This document shows positions 1 through 9,635 of a stretch of 64,000 bases of DNA, one piece after another. Below the pieces are notes generated by a model. The model worked only from the letters and a program-made list of their open reading frames with translations. It made no database searches and was not told the origin of the DNA. Source of the DNA: Planctomycetota bacterium (GTDB taxonomy: Bacteria; Planctomycetota; GCA-002687715; DRQF01); the NCBI GenBank assembly GCA_027001995.1, contig JALTLO010000023.1, positions 19,156 to 83,155 on the forward strand. Reading direction: 5' to 3'. The translations under genes were made by a program, and so were the position numbers. The stretch's first letter is position 1; each line of letters opens with the position of its first letter.

Positions 1-453
1 GGCACAGCAATTCTCGGATGGCTCGAGACTGAAATTACCGTCGGGATACCGAAGTTTTCCAGCGGCGAGCTCTTGCTCTACGATCAGCTCTTCCAGGAGA
101 TTAACCTCCCCCGGGCTTTCAGGCTGGCCATGATTGGCGAAGTGTTCTACGGGATCAAAGCTCTTGAATCGATCAGCGACTTTTCGACGTTAGGAAGCGT
201 ATCTTATTCTCTTTTCACCTTCGAGATAGATCGTTCGAAGTACTTCGACCTCATCATTCCTTTTGCATTAGACCCGAGCTCTCAAGCCGCCCGGGCTCGT
301 TTGTCGGAGCCAAGCTCCCTGCCAATATTCATAGCGCCCATGGCCACCTCAATTTCGGCCATTCTACCGGCCGTCCTGGCAGATCATGGAGACGCAATGC
401 GGAGCCTTGCTGCTGTCAGAAAAGCCATAGAGCTCGAGACACTTCAGCGCTAA
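1..453 (+). CDS. hypothetical protein, 5'-truncated by the window edge (reading frame is open from nt 1)
   Basis: Frame 1 has no stop from nt 1 to 453. The listed ORF at 73 is only the first Met. No recognisable motifs. Confidence 0.3.
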   Translation, partial: GTAILGWLETEITVGIPKFSSGELLLYDQLFQEINLPRAFRLAMIGEVFYGIKALESISDFSTLGSVSYSLFTFEIDRSKYFDLIIPFALDPSSQAARARLSEPSSLPIFIAPMATSISAILPAVLADHGDAMRSLAAVRKAIELETLQR

Positions 454-505
454 CCCGACGAAAGACGGATTCAGCGGAGCCACAAGTTGTCATCAGACGT
501 GTTGA

Positions 506-1252
506 TTAGCGTATAGGCAGGCGGAGGATGTTCCCAACCTTCAGCTTGACTGAGTCCATGTGACCCGAGGCGAGTTTCTTGCCATCAATGACGACGTGAG
601 CGTGAACGTCGGAAGTGTGATGGGTGAGATCTCCCGCTGAGTTTTCGGCGTAAAAGCCAACGATCTTGCCTTGAGCCAAGACCTCTTCAACGCGGGCTGG
701 TTTCGGACCTTCCGGGTTGGCGATCGGGCATCCACCCCGAATCACATGCAAATGAACATCTGCAAATTCACCTTGGATAAGAAAAGGGAACGGCTTTGAA
801 ACGTCAACACCGACAGCTATGGCATGGGCAAGAATAATGGCATCAAGATCGTCATCTGATTCTTCAGTGATCAGAATCTCTTGCCATGCTTCGACATCAC
901 TTGCCACCATGAGTGTGGCGTAGGCCGTCGAGTTCCTGGTGTGCTCACCAACAATCTCATCAACTTGGGGCGCCCGGGCTATCCACGCTTCGCCGTTGAT
1001 CACCGTGATTTCTCCCTTGAGCCCTTCGAGTGCACCAACCGCAACCATGTTGTCGCTGACACAGATTTCGCTGAGGCACACCCGAGCCTCCGTGTGTCCT
1101 TGGCGAAGGACCTGCTTCATCGACCCCCATTGTTGAATCGTGGTTGGCTTAGGAGCCGCCGGCGTAGAGCAACCTGACAAGAGCATGGTGAGCAAGATGG
1201 CTAAGGAGAATGCAATTCTGAAAGTGGCGCGCATGTGTGATTCCCAATTCAT
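506..1252 (-). CDS. alpha-acetolactate decarboxylase-like lipoprotein
   Basis: 248 aa with an N-terminal signal peptide and a lipobox-like LLSGCS. From memory the collinear similarity to ALDC looks good: the GALEGLKGEITVINGEAWI block versus LGTFNALDGELIVLDGKFYQ in ALDC, and the C-terminal KIVGFYAENSAGDLTHHTSDVHAHVVIDGKKLASGH block versus the metal-binding His cluster of ALDC. Confidence 0.55.
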   Translation of the reverse strand: MNWESHMRATFRIAFSLAILLTMLLSGCSTPAAPKPTTIQQWGSMKQVLRQGHTEARVCLSEICVSDNMVAVGALEGLKGEITVINGEAWIARAPQVDEIVGEHTRNSTAYATLMVASDVEAWQEILITEESDDDLDAIILAHAIAVGVDVSKPFPFLIQGEFADVHLHVIRGGCPIANPEGPKPARVEEVLAQGKIVGFYAENSAGDLTHHTSDVHAHVVIDGKKLASGHMDSVKLKVGNILRLPIR

Positions 1253-1437
1253 ACTGAGTGGATTCGGCTCATGGAAGAGATGCAGGATACTCTAACCACC
1301 CTACCTCCTCAGTTTCCAGATCTGTCTCCATTCCTGTCCCCGCCGGCCACATCCATTGCGACCGTTTCTTCCGCCGTTCTTGCAGATCAAGAGAAATCAA
1401 TGCCAAAAAGCCCTGTCAATTTCGCCATACTTGGTGA

Positions 1438-2211
1438 GTGAAAATATCCTACGGGCAACTGGCTCATCTTGCTATCAAAAGCCCTGGGCCAAGCGGCTCT
1501 ATTGTTTCAAATCGTTTGGATGATCCACCGATGCTCGAAGGGCCAAGGAAGAAAAACCAGGACTCAGATATAGAGTCGGAATTCTACACCGGGCGTGTCA
1601 AGTACACGGACAGCATGGCAGACCATTACCTGAAGAAGTCTGAAGGCCGAAGGGGGCCAGAGAATGCTGTCCTCAAGCGAATCTTGGAGCAATATGGCAT
1701 CGGCGAGACGCTCTTGGATGCCCCCTGCGGCGTCGCGCGCGTGGGAGCCCTCTTAAACGGCAGCGATTTTCGCTACTTTGGCGCTGATTATTCGCGACCC
1801 ATGCTAGAACGAGCTCGAGAACGATTGAAAGCTACAACGCTCCGATACGACTTACTGCATTGCGACCTGGAGCAAGCCCCCTTCGGACCGCGGTCATTTG
1901 ATACCACGCTTTCGCTTCGTTTCCTCCATCACTTGCCTACCAAGACCCGATCATCTGTTCTCCATGGATTGGCCCGTGTCACTGATCGCCTCTTGGTTGT
2001 GACGTTCTTTCACCCTTTTTCTCTGCACTACGTCATGCGGAATTGTCGGTCATTGCTTAACATGGCCAAGGGTGGAGAACCCTCGGGACGTTACTCCCAC
2101 ACGGCCAGATGGCTCGAAGAGCAAGTCAAACCGCAAGGATTTCGGCTGTCTCAGGTTTACCCCACCGGCTTCTTGAAAGAAACACGTTATGCGGTCTTAG
2201 AGCGAATTTGA
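1438..2211 (+). CDS. class I SAM-dependent methyltransferase
   Basis: The motif I-like LLDAPCGVARVG is followed by an acidic post-I residue pattern. Size 257 aa. The start codon is uncertain. Confidence 0.55.
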   Translation: MKISYGQLAHLAIKSPGPSGSIVSNRLDDPPMLEGPRKKNQDSDIESEFYTGRVKYTDSMADHYLKKSEGRRGPENAVLKRILEQYGIGETLLDAPCGVARVGALLNGSDFRYFGADYSRPMLERARERLKATTLRYDLLHCDLEQAPFGPRSFDTTLSLRFLHHLPTKTRSSVLHGLARVTDRLLVVTFFHPFSLHYVMRNCRSLLNMAKGGEPSGRYSHTARWLEEQVKPQGFRLSQVYPTGFLKETRYAVLERI

Positions 2212-2218
2212 TGGAAGG

Positions 2219-4105
2219 GTGAGAGACATTTTCAAATCGTCTAAAAACAAGAACCTCGCCCAGACACTCAGGCTCTTGAGACGAATCAAGGGGCATAGAA
2301 GTAGGCTCATCGTCACGGTGGCTACCATGGTGATTGCCGCCGCTGCGGAGATCGCTCCCATCGGCTTAGCCAAGGCCGCGATTGACATCCTATTCCCCAC
2401 CAATAACGCTGAAGGTTCTGTGGTTCAAGACTGGTGTAGCCAAGTGGGAGCCTACCTTTCTGGAGCCTTCGGTTATGCCTTGGAAGATGTTCGCCATGAG
2501 GCCTTAATCTTTGTCATCTTCGCCTTGGTCATCCTCGGTATTGTTTCGGCGGTTGCGACTTACGCCAACACTTTCAATGGTCGCTACCTATCTGCCCTCA
2601 TCGTTGTTGACTTACGATGTTCTCTGATGGACAAGATCTTAGAGCTTCCGATTTCGTTCTATACCAAACGCAAGATAGGAGATTTGATTTCACGTTTTTC
2701 CACTGATATTCAAATCACCTACAACGCCATACGCATCTTTATCATGATCTTGGTCTTGCAACCTTTGATTTTTGCCCTGTCCCTGAGCGTTGCCTTCGCC
2801 TTAAACTGGAGACTCACTCTTGTCACCTTAGTTCTGGGGCCGTTTGTTGTTTTCCCATTGGCCATGATTGGCGAAAAGGTTCGCAAACGGAGTCGTCGCA
2901 GCTTGGTCTCATTGGGAGAGACCATGGAAGCCATCAATCAAACACTTTCAGGCCTGCGGGTCATCAAGGCGTTTCGTGCAGAAAAGCTCGAGGCCGCGCG
3001 TTACCGAAAAATTAACCAACGATGGCTCGAACGTCAGTCGGCCTTGATTCGGGCCAAGGCCGCGGGACGGGGTGTCATGGATGTTGTTTATGGCATCACC
3101 TTAGCCTTGGTTATGGGCGTCGGAGGCTGGCTTACTATCAACCAAATGTGGGGCTTGGACGGCTCAACATTCATGGCATTTTTGATTGCTCTAGCAACGG
3201 CCTATCGTCCTCTGCGACGGATATCAGTGGCATACAACGATTGGCAAGAGTCCATGGCTGCCGCTGGGCGCGTATTCGAGATCATCGACCAAGAGATCAC
3301 CACCCCAGACCAACAGGGCGCTCTTGATATCGGCCCCATCAAAGAGTCCCTAGCTTTTGATTCGGTCAGCTTCGAATATGCCGACGACAACTCCACCCCC
3401 ACCGAAGTCCTGCACAAGTTGAGCTTCAACATTCCCGGTGGCACGACGGTCGCATTGGTCGGCCCCTCCGGCGCTGGCAAGTCAACCATCGCCGACCTGC
3501 TGTTTCGCTTTCATGAACCTTCTTCCGGCCAAATTCTCATTGACGGCATTCCCAGCCAGAAAATCAAAAGAGAGTGCCTACTCAACCAAATGGCCGTTGT
3601 CAGTCAACGACCATTCCTATTCAATACCACAATTCGTGAGAACATCGCCTATGGTCATGTAGGTGCCAGTGAGAAAGAGATTGAGGCCGCAGCGAAAGCC
3701 GCCAACATCCACGACTTGATCGAAGATTTGCCTGAAGGGTATGAGACCATTGTTGGAGAGCAAGGCGTATCGCTTTCTGGTGGACAATTGCAAAGAGTGA
3801 CCATCGCCCGTGCTATCCTCAAGGATGCGTCCTTGCTCATTCTGGATGAAGCTACCAGTAGTCTGGATACAGAATCGGAGCGCGCAGTCCAAGAAGCCCT
3901 CAAGAATCTCATGAAGGGCCGGACAGTCCTGGTAATTGCCCACCGTCTTTCGACCGTCGTTGACGCCGACAATATCCTGGTCCTCGATCAAGGACAGTTG
4001 GTGGAATCCGGCAACCATGCGGAACTCCTCGCCAAACAAGGGGTCTACTCCCGACTTTACCGCTCGCAAAGCTCTCACGACAAATCCGATTCCCACTCAC
4101 TTTAG
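2219..4105 (+). CDS. ABC transporter, fused permease/ATPase (MsbA/lipid A exporter-like type I exporter)
   Basis: N-terminal half has 6 predicted TM helices. C-terminal half has Walker A GPSGAGKST, ABC signature LSGGQLQRVTIARA, Walker B LLILDEATSSLD and H-loop VIAHRL. Confidence 0.85.
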   Translation: MRDIFKSSKNKNLAQTLRLLRRIKGHRSRLIVTVATMVIAAAAEIAPIGLAKAAIDILFPTNNAEGSVVQDWCSQVGAYLSGAFGYALEDVRHEALIFVIFALVILGIVSAVATYANTFNGRYLSALIVVDLRCSLMDKILELPISFYTKRKIGDLISRFSTDIQITYNAIRIFIMILVLQPLIFALSLSVAFALNWRLTLVTLVLGPFVVFPLAMIGEKVRKRSRRSLVSLGETMEAINQTLSGLRVIKAFRAEKLEAARYRKINQRWLERQSALIRAKAAGRGVMDVVYGITLALVMGVGGWLTINQMWGLDGSTFMAFLIALATAYRPLRRISVAYNDWQESMAAAGRVFEIIDQEITTPDQQGALDIGPIKESLAFDSVSFEYADDNSTPTEVLHKLSFNIPGGTTVALVGPSGAGKSTIADLLFRFHEPSSGQILIDGIPSQKIKRECLLNQMAVVSQRPFLFNTTIRENIAYGHVGASEKEIEAAAKAANIHDLIEDLPEGYETIVGEQGVSLSGGQLQRVTIARAILKDASLLILDEATSSLDTESERAVQEALKNLMKGRTVLVIAHRLSTVVDADNILVLDQGQLVESGNHAELLAKQGVYSRLYRSQSSHDKSDSHSL

Positions 4106-4246
4106 CCGAAGTTGCCAACCCGAATTTTCACGGTCTCGCCAGCCAGCGGTGCCAACCTTAACGTCGCGCACGTGAACCCTACGTTCGGCACCTTCTCAGG
4201 GAATCATCCTCACATCCAACAGCCACGGCTCAAAGACTGAGGCGGC

Positions 4247-5965
4247 CTAATCCCCTTCAAGCCCAAGGGCTGGAGAGTTCCGATAGATTCTCACTTTATG
4301 ACGACCAAGAGCCTGATTGCCGATTTTTTGCCACCGGGAGAACCGAGCCTCGCCTATCCGTTCCAAATCCCTTTGCCGCAAAAGAAGCAAACAAGGATCT
4401 CCCTTCAGAAGCTTGCCCAAACTCACTTCATCCTCAGCAACGCATTCCAAATTCTGACCAACTTCGAAATGGAAATAGCCTTCGGTGGATTCACGTTTGG
4501 CGTAACTCGCCACAGCCACAAGGCGAGTGCCATCTCCGAGGTTCGATCGGATCACAGCCAAGAGCCTATCATCGCCAGAACAGGCATCCACAACGGGAAC
4601 ACCGACGACCGACCAGGAAGCAAAGGTAAGAACAATAGCAAGGATCATCGTTCCGAACGCCAACTTAAATCGGCTCCTAAGAACGGCCCCAGCGGAAAGG
4701 ACGGCAAACAAGACAACAACAAGTCCGCAGACTCTTGGTGTCAAACCCCGTTCACCGAGGACCGCGAAGAAACGCGCCCAAGCCGGATTAGAGAACTGAT
4801 GAGCGAGGAAGTTGGGAAAAACGAAGGACAGCCCCATCACGAGCAACAGAGCGATCATGGCGACAATGCCAATGTTGGCCATAGAGGATCGCCGCTCTCC
4901 CCGTCTAAATACATGGCCCAGGAACTCGGACATGCAAATAGAAAATGGAGCAACAAGAGGAATCAAATAACGGCTGCGATAGGTCGTCCCCGTGTAAAGG
5001 ACTAAGACAATCCCGAAACACCATGCCACCACAAATCTGAGATTCTCCTTGTTTCCGGCGAAGGCTTCATTCTTCCGCCGCCACAGAGAGCCCAAAAGCG
5101 CTGGTGCCAAGAAACTCCAAGGAGCCAGAAGAACGAACAGAATAATCGGATAGTAAAAGATAGTGTGCTTTGGTTTATTCGTCGGGTCAAATAGATGCAT
5201 GACACCCGCATCATAGAGCAACGATTTTGCCCATCCATTCCCAGCCTGAATCCATGCAGGTATGAACCACAACGCCGCGACCAAGAGGGCTCCAGGAATC
5301 CCCCAAAGAATCCCAGACCTCTTCATTGAGGACCAACTTCTCTCCATCGCAGCCAGAAGAAGAAAGGTCACCACAACAAAAGCGAGGATCCCCGGGCCTT
5401 TCAGCATGAGGCCAAAAACGAAACTCAATATCAAACAACACATCGCCCTTATTCGGGCAGGCCCCGGCGCTAACCTCAGCAAGCGATGGGAGAAGTAAAG
5501 GGCCCAAGTCACACTGGCGGCGAACAAGGTATCCAAATGACAAAACCGTGACGACCAAAAGTTGATCCAACATGTTGTGGCCAAGAGCGCCGCCATGAGC
5601 GCCTTTTTCTTGTCGAGGAGCTCATGACCCATAACCCAGGTTCCAAGAACAAGGAGTAGGCCACCCAAAGCTGATGGCAGGCGGACAAAAAAGAGCCTGG
5701 AGGAAGAATCATGGGCCATGGAGAGGCTGGCGGCTCCCAGCCAAAAAAAGAGTGCCGGCTTCTGATCATAAGGACGCAAATTATAAGTCGGAACGAGCCA
5801 AGTTTCTTGCTGCTGCATTTCGGCACAGATGGAGGCATAGCGAGGTTCAACTGGGTTCCACAGGGCCCGTTTTCCTAACCCGAAGAAGAGAGCAGGTATC
5901 GCCACCACGACGATCAGAAACAGAGTCCGGAACTTGGCCAATTGTTTTGATCCTCGAATCCACAT
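4247..5965 (-). CDS. GT-C fold glycosyltransferase, ArnT/PMT_2 (GT83/GT39-like) family, polytopic membrane protein
   Basis: Contains the N-terminal family signature EPRYASICAEM...ETWLVPTYNLRPYDQKPALFFWL (compare DEARYAEIAREM...DWLVP...Y.EKPPL.YW of ArnT). About 11 hydrophobic segments precede a C-terminal soluble domain. Confidence 0.75.
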   Translation of the reverse strand: MWIRGSKQLAKFRTLFLIVVVAIPALFFGLGKRALWNPVEPRYASICAEMQQQETWLVPTYNLRPYDQKPALFFWLGAASLSMAHDSSSRLFFVRLPSALGGLLLVLGTWVMGHELLDKKKALMAALLATTCWINFWSSRFCHLDTLFAASVTWALYFSHRLLRLAPGPARIRAMCCLILSFVFGLMLKGPGILAFVVVTFLLLAAMERSWSSMKRSGILWGIPGALLVAALWFIPAWIQAGNGWAKSLLYDAGVMHLFDPTNKPKHTIFYYPIILFVLLAPWSFLAPALLGSLWRRKNEAFAGNKENLRFVVAWCFGIVLVLYTGTTYRSRYLIPLVAPFSICMSEFLGHVFRRGERRSSMANIGIVAMIALLLVMGLSFVFPNFLAHQFSNPAWARFFAVLGERGLTPRVCGLVVVLFAVLSAGAVLRSRFKLAFGTMILAIVLTFASWSVVGVPVVDACSGDDRLLAVIRSNLGDGTRLVAVASYAKRESTEGYFHFEVGQNLECVAEDEVSLGKLLKGDPCLLLLRQRDLERIGEARFSRWQKIGNQALGRHKVRIYRNSPALGLEGD

Positions 5966-6232
5966 TTATTCATGACCTTGTGGCCCCCAAACTGGCGGGC
6001 TCGTTATAGCGGTTTCTGAACTCTTGGGGAAGGCAGGTGGCTCTCCTGAGCCGGGGTCGATCTAACCAGGGCAACCCACATCCATATGCCTCTCAAACTA
6101 GACATGCTGGAGGGCCGGCCTCCCTGGTCAAGCGGTCTTATTCCCGACCTTGGCTCCTCCAGTGAATCGTTCCCCAGATTTGTGGCTCAGGTCCGAGGCA
6201 TTCTCGGTCGATAATTACCCAAGTGAATTGGA

Positions 6233-7330
6233 ATGAGACGGAGAGTTGGACAGATGGCCACCACCCAAGATATTTCGAACGCAAACATCGCAGCAGCAGG
6301 GGTTTGTGAAGATCAACCGACTGAAAGAATCTTTGACTATGTCTTAGACCACTGTCGGCACGGTGACATCAACGCCTACTTGGAAGACCAAATAGGCCCT
6401 GAATTTGGTGCCTATCGCCATCGCTGGCGACAGGCTCACAATTTGGAGATTGAGACTGACTTTCCCATGCACATCAGCATCGAGAGCCAGCTCAAATGCA
6501 ACTATCGCTGCACTATGTGCACCTATTCCGACCCAGAAGCCATCGCCAAACAACACTATGACGACGTCCTTTCAGAAGAGCTCTATGATCAAATCATTGA
6601 AGAAGCCGGTGAGCATGGCTGCCCATCGATCAATCTCAACGTGCTCAACGAGCCTCTTCTCGACAAAGAAACACCCCGACGGATCAAGAAAGCCAAAGAC
6701 GCCGGCTTCCTCGACATTCGGATGAACACAAACGCCAGTCTCCTCACTGAAACGATGGCAGAAGCTATTATTGATGCAGGCTTGACACGACTCTACGTGG
6801 GCCTCGACGGGGCGACAGCTGAAACCTACGAAAAGGTGCGCATCGGTGGGAATTTCGAGAAAGTCGTCAAGAACGTGGAGCGGTTCTTGGAGATCCGCAA
6901 CGCCAAAGGGCTCACGCTTCCCATCTTACGGGTGTCATTCGTTCGCATGAACATCAACGAGCATGAGATCCCCGCCTTCATGGAATTCTGGCAAGAAAAG
7001 GCGGATATGGTGACGATTCAAGAGTACCAGCCTCCGACTCCAGAAGATGCCTTCATTGGCCAACATGCGGCGTCGAAGCGAGTACCTGACGATTACACCT
7101 GTCCTCAACCATTCGAGCGCGTGACCATCAAGGGGAACGGCAACCTAACCCCCTGCTGCGCTCAATACAGCTACAAATTGACAATTGGTAATGTGAAAGA
7201 GAACGGCATCCACTCCCTTTGGAATTCGCCCAAACTGAAAAACCTAAGGCGCCACATGAAAGAGGGCACTTGGGACCAACTCCCGGTATGCAAAAGCTGC
7301 CTTGAGTCATCTTACTTATTCTCCAAGTAG
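6233..7330 (+). CDS. radical SAM enzyme with C-terminal SPASM/twitch auxiliary Fe-S domain
   Basis: CNYRCTMC (CxxxCxxC) lies about 90 aa in. The C-terminal Cys cluster is CPQPF...TPCCAQYSY...LPVCKSCL. An N-terminal extension of about 85 aa precedes the core; its length is compatible with an RRE domain but this was not verified. Confidence 0.75.
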   Translation: MRRRVGQMATTQDISNANIAAAGVCEDQPTERIFDYVLDHCRHGDINAYLEDQIGPEFGAYRHRWRQAHNLEIETDFPMHISIESQLKCNYRCTMCTYSDPEAIAKQHYDDVLSEELYDQIIEEAGEHGCPSINLNVLNEPLLDKETPRRIKKAKDAGFLDIRMNTNASLLTETMAEAIIDAGLTRLYVGLDGATAETYEKVRIGGNFEKVVKNVERFLEIRNAKGLTLPILRVSFVRMNINEHEIPAFMEFWQEKADMVTIQEYQPPTPEDAFIGQHAASKRVPDDYTCPQPFERVTIKGNGNLTPCCAQYSYKLTIGNVKENGIHSLWNSPKLKNLRRHMKEGTWDQLPVCKSCLESSYLFSK

Positions 7331-7348
7331 ACCAGGAGATGCGGCAGA

Positions 7349-7537
7349 ATGAAAACGACAAAGAACAAGAAACGCCCCTTTCTTGGCATCCATTTCGAAT
7401 GCTGCTCCGTCTATGCCCGGATCTACAAAACGGCGAAAGGCGATGCTTACGCTGGTTATTGCCCCAAGTGCCGACGTCCGATTCGACTTCGCGTCGGCGA
7501 AGGAGGAAGCGGACAACGTTTCTTTCGGGCGCGCTGA
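7349..7537 (+). CDS. small zinc-ribbon protein (FmdB-family-like); alternatively a candidate RiPP precursor
   Basis: 62 aa ORF beginning 18 nt after the rSAM stop codon. CC...CPKC with ...CPKCRRPIRLRVGEGG resembles the FmdB-family C-terminal CPKCGxxVxRLxGxG. Strongly basic. Confidence 0.4.
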   Translation: MKTTKNKKRPFLGIHFECCSVYARIYKTAKGDAYAGYCPKCRRPIRLRVGEGGSGQRFFRAR

Positions 7538-7849
7538 TCGAGCCCTCTTGCGGGTCATGAGAGACCCACCCCAAGACTTCCACGGTATCAACAAACTGAC
7601 CCCATCTTTGCTCTATGAAGCTCCCCAAAAGAGCTCCACTCCCGAGCCCAACTGACCCCCGAAACCAAGATCGCTCCCCCTTCCTTGGGAGCCTGCAACC
7701 GAGAAAAAAAGCTGCTGTTGTCTTAAGCAACGGGGTGTCGCAATTCACCACAACAGTCTGAAGAAACCGGTGCTGCGGATCGCAACACCACACCCCATAA
7801 AGTACTTGTTTCGAACCAGTTATGGCTATTCGCGAAATTCTTTCCGCTT

Positions 7850-7865
7850 TGGCACGGCCCTTGTA
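7850..7865 (+). promoter_or_regulatory. candidate sigma-54 (-24/-12) promoter TGGCACggcccTTGTA upstream of the flagellar export operon
   Basis: Matches TGGCAC-N5-TTGC except that the -12 GC is GT. Spacing is correct. It lies immediately 5' of fliO, which would then start at the second Met (nt 7913). Confidence 0.3.
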
Positions 7866-7870
7866 ATTGG

Positions 7871-8545
7871 ATGATTGGGCGCAAGGACCCGCTTCGATTA
7901 GGAACCACAAGCATGACAGCGAAAAACTTTCTGACTGACGGGAAAATAAGGGGTGATCGATCCCTTTGGCTCCTGGGTGCGGCGGCCCTGGCGGTCTGTG
8001 CCTTTCTGGCGGCCGGGCTCATTGTCGACAAAGACGAAACCCGGGCCCCAGAGTTAGCAACAGCCCAACCTGTTGACGGTCAGGTTTCGTTGAAAGAAGG
8101 TGCCACCGAAGACGCTGACCCCAAGGTAGCCAAACAAGGGGGATGGCGAAGCAAGCGAACGGCAAAGATGCCAAAGGGCCCGGGTGTTGGCTCCATCTGG
8201 AAAACCATGGGTGGCCTCGTTGTGGTGCTGGTGTTGGTTTTCGCCCTGGCTATCTTTTGTTCAAGGCTTCTCAAAAAGGTCCGCATGCGGCCTCAAGGGG
8301 ACAAGGTCTTAGAACTCATTGATGTCATTCCTTTAGGCCCCAAGAAACAAGTCTTCGTCCTAAGTGCCTATGGCCGCAAACTCATTGTTGGCGCGACCGC
8401 CGATTCCATGAACGTCTTGTCTGAATTTGCTGCGGACGAAATCGAAGCAGGTGAAGCCATCGTCCCAGAGTCCTTCTCAGAGAAGCTCACTAAGAACATG
8501 GCCCGACATACTCGCCCCCTTTCAACCATGGAATTGGAGGCATGA
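7871..8545 (+). CDS. fliO: flagellar biosynthesis protein FliO
   Basis: Sits immediately upstream of fliP with a 4-nt overlap. Has a single TM and a C-terminal LELIDVIPLGPKKQVFVLSAYGRKLIVGATADSMNVLSEF that resembles the FliO conserved C-terminus. The true start may be at 7913. Confidence 0.5.
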   Translation: MIGRKDPLRLGTTSMTAKNFLTDGKIRGDRSLWLLGAAALAVCAFLAAGLIVDKDETRAPELATAQPVDGQVSLKEGATEDADPKVAKQGGWRSKRTAKMPKGPGVGSIWKTMGGLVVVLVLVFALAIFCSRLLKKVRMRPQGDKVLELIDVIPLGPKKQVFVLSAYGRKLIVGATADSMNVLSEFAADEIEAGEAIVPESFSEKLTKNMARHTRPLSTMELEA

Positions 8546-9339
8546 TGCTTAAACAACACCTGCTCCTGGCTCTCTTTGCTTGTTTCTTCATCGGCGGCTT
8601 TCCCACTTTAGCCGAAGCGCAGATAACCGATGACCCAGCAGAAATCGCAAGCCCAGAAGATGAAGCGGCCAGTGCTGAGAGTTCTTCTCCTCTAGATGAT
8701 TTCGAAATGGGTACATCGATGAAAATCGTTCTTGTGCTCACGGCGTTGGCGGCGTTGCCAAGCATCTTAATGACCGTCACGGCATTCACGCGCATCATCA
8801 TCGTCTTGTCCTTCGTGAGAAAAGCGCTTTCAATTCAAGACATGCCACCCAATCAAATCGTCATCGGCATGGCTTTGTTTCTGTCGATTGCTGTCATGCA
8901 ACCGGTCTTCGAAGAGATCTACACTAAGTCCGTGTCACCCTACATGGACAACGAAATCGAATTGGGGGATGCGGCGACAAAGGCCCACGATGTCATGCAC
9001 GGATTTCTCATTCGCCATGCGAAGGAAGATGAAATTCAACTATTCTTAGATGTCACCAAGGCCGAAGTGCCTGAGACAATCCAGGATGTGCCTATCACTG
9101 TCTTAATTCCAGCCTTCACCCTGAGTGAGCTGAAGGTTGCTTTCAAGATGGGATTTCTTGTCTACATCCCCTTCCTCATTGTAGACATGGTGGTAGCCAG
9201 TCTCCTCTTAGCGATGGGCATGATGATGCTGCCCCCGGTTATCATCTCAACACCCTTCAAAATTCTCCTTTTCATTATGGTCGATGGCTGGTCTTTGGTC
9301 ATCGGATCCCTCATGGAAAGCTTCCAGGTTGTGGCATAG
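8542..9339 (+). CDS. fliP: flagellar type III export apparatus protein FliP
   Basis: Signal peptide followed by TAFTRIIIVLSFVRKALSIQ and other FliP core motifs. 265 aa. Confidence 0.9.
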   Translation: MMLKQHLLLALFACFFIGGFPTLAEAQITDDPAEIASPEDEAASAESSSPLDDFEMGTSMKIVLVLTALAALPSILMTVTAFTRIIIVLSFVRKALSIQDMPPNQIVIGMALFLSIAVMQPVFEEIYTKSVSPYMDNEIELGDAATKAHDVMHGFLIRHAKEDEIQLFLDVTKAEVPETIQDVPITVLIPAFTLSELKVAFKMGFLVYIPFLIVDMVVASLLLAMGMMMLPPVIISTPFKILLFIMVDGWSLVIGSLMESFQVVA

Positions 9340-9354
9340 AGAGGTCGCATTGTC

Positions 9355-9624
9355 ATGGATGAAAGTTACGTCGTTCTTATTGCCAGAGAAGCCTTTATCA
9401 CCGCGATCTCCGTCGCTGGGCCTGCCATGTTGGTGGGTATGGGTATCGGTATTCTCATGGCGATTTTTCAGGCCATCACCAGTGTTCAAGAACAAACATT
9501 GACGATGATTCCGAAGATCATCGCTGTAGGGCTCACCATTGTTTTCATGATGCCCTACATTCTCAGAACCTTGGGCACATTCACAACCGACGTCTTTCGG
9601 GCGATGGTTGATGCAGCTCTGTGA
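9355..9624 (+). CDS. fliQ: flagellar export apparatus protein FliQ
   Basis: 89 aa, two TM helices, typical FliQ sequence (..AISVAGPAMLVGMGIGILMAIFQAITSVQEQTL..). Confidence 0.85.
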   Translation: MDESYVVLIAREAFITAISVAGPAMLVGMGIGILMAIFQAITSVQEQTLTMIPKIIAVGLTIVFMMPYILRTLGTFTTDVFRAMVDAAL

Positions 9625-9635
9625 AAGGATGAATC

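Noticed and set aside
7128-7910. 260-aa minus-strand ORF spanning the rSAM 3' end, the zinc-ribbon ORF and the flagellar promoter region
   Set aside because: Cys/Ser/Arg-rich antisense frame with no motifs. Conflicts with two supported plus-strand genes and a promoter.
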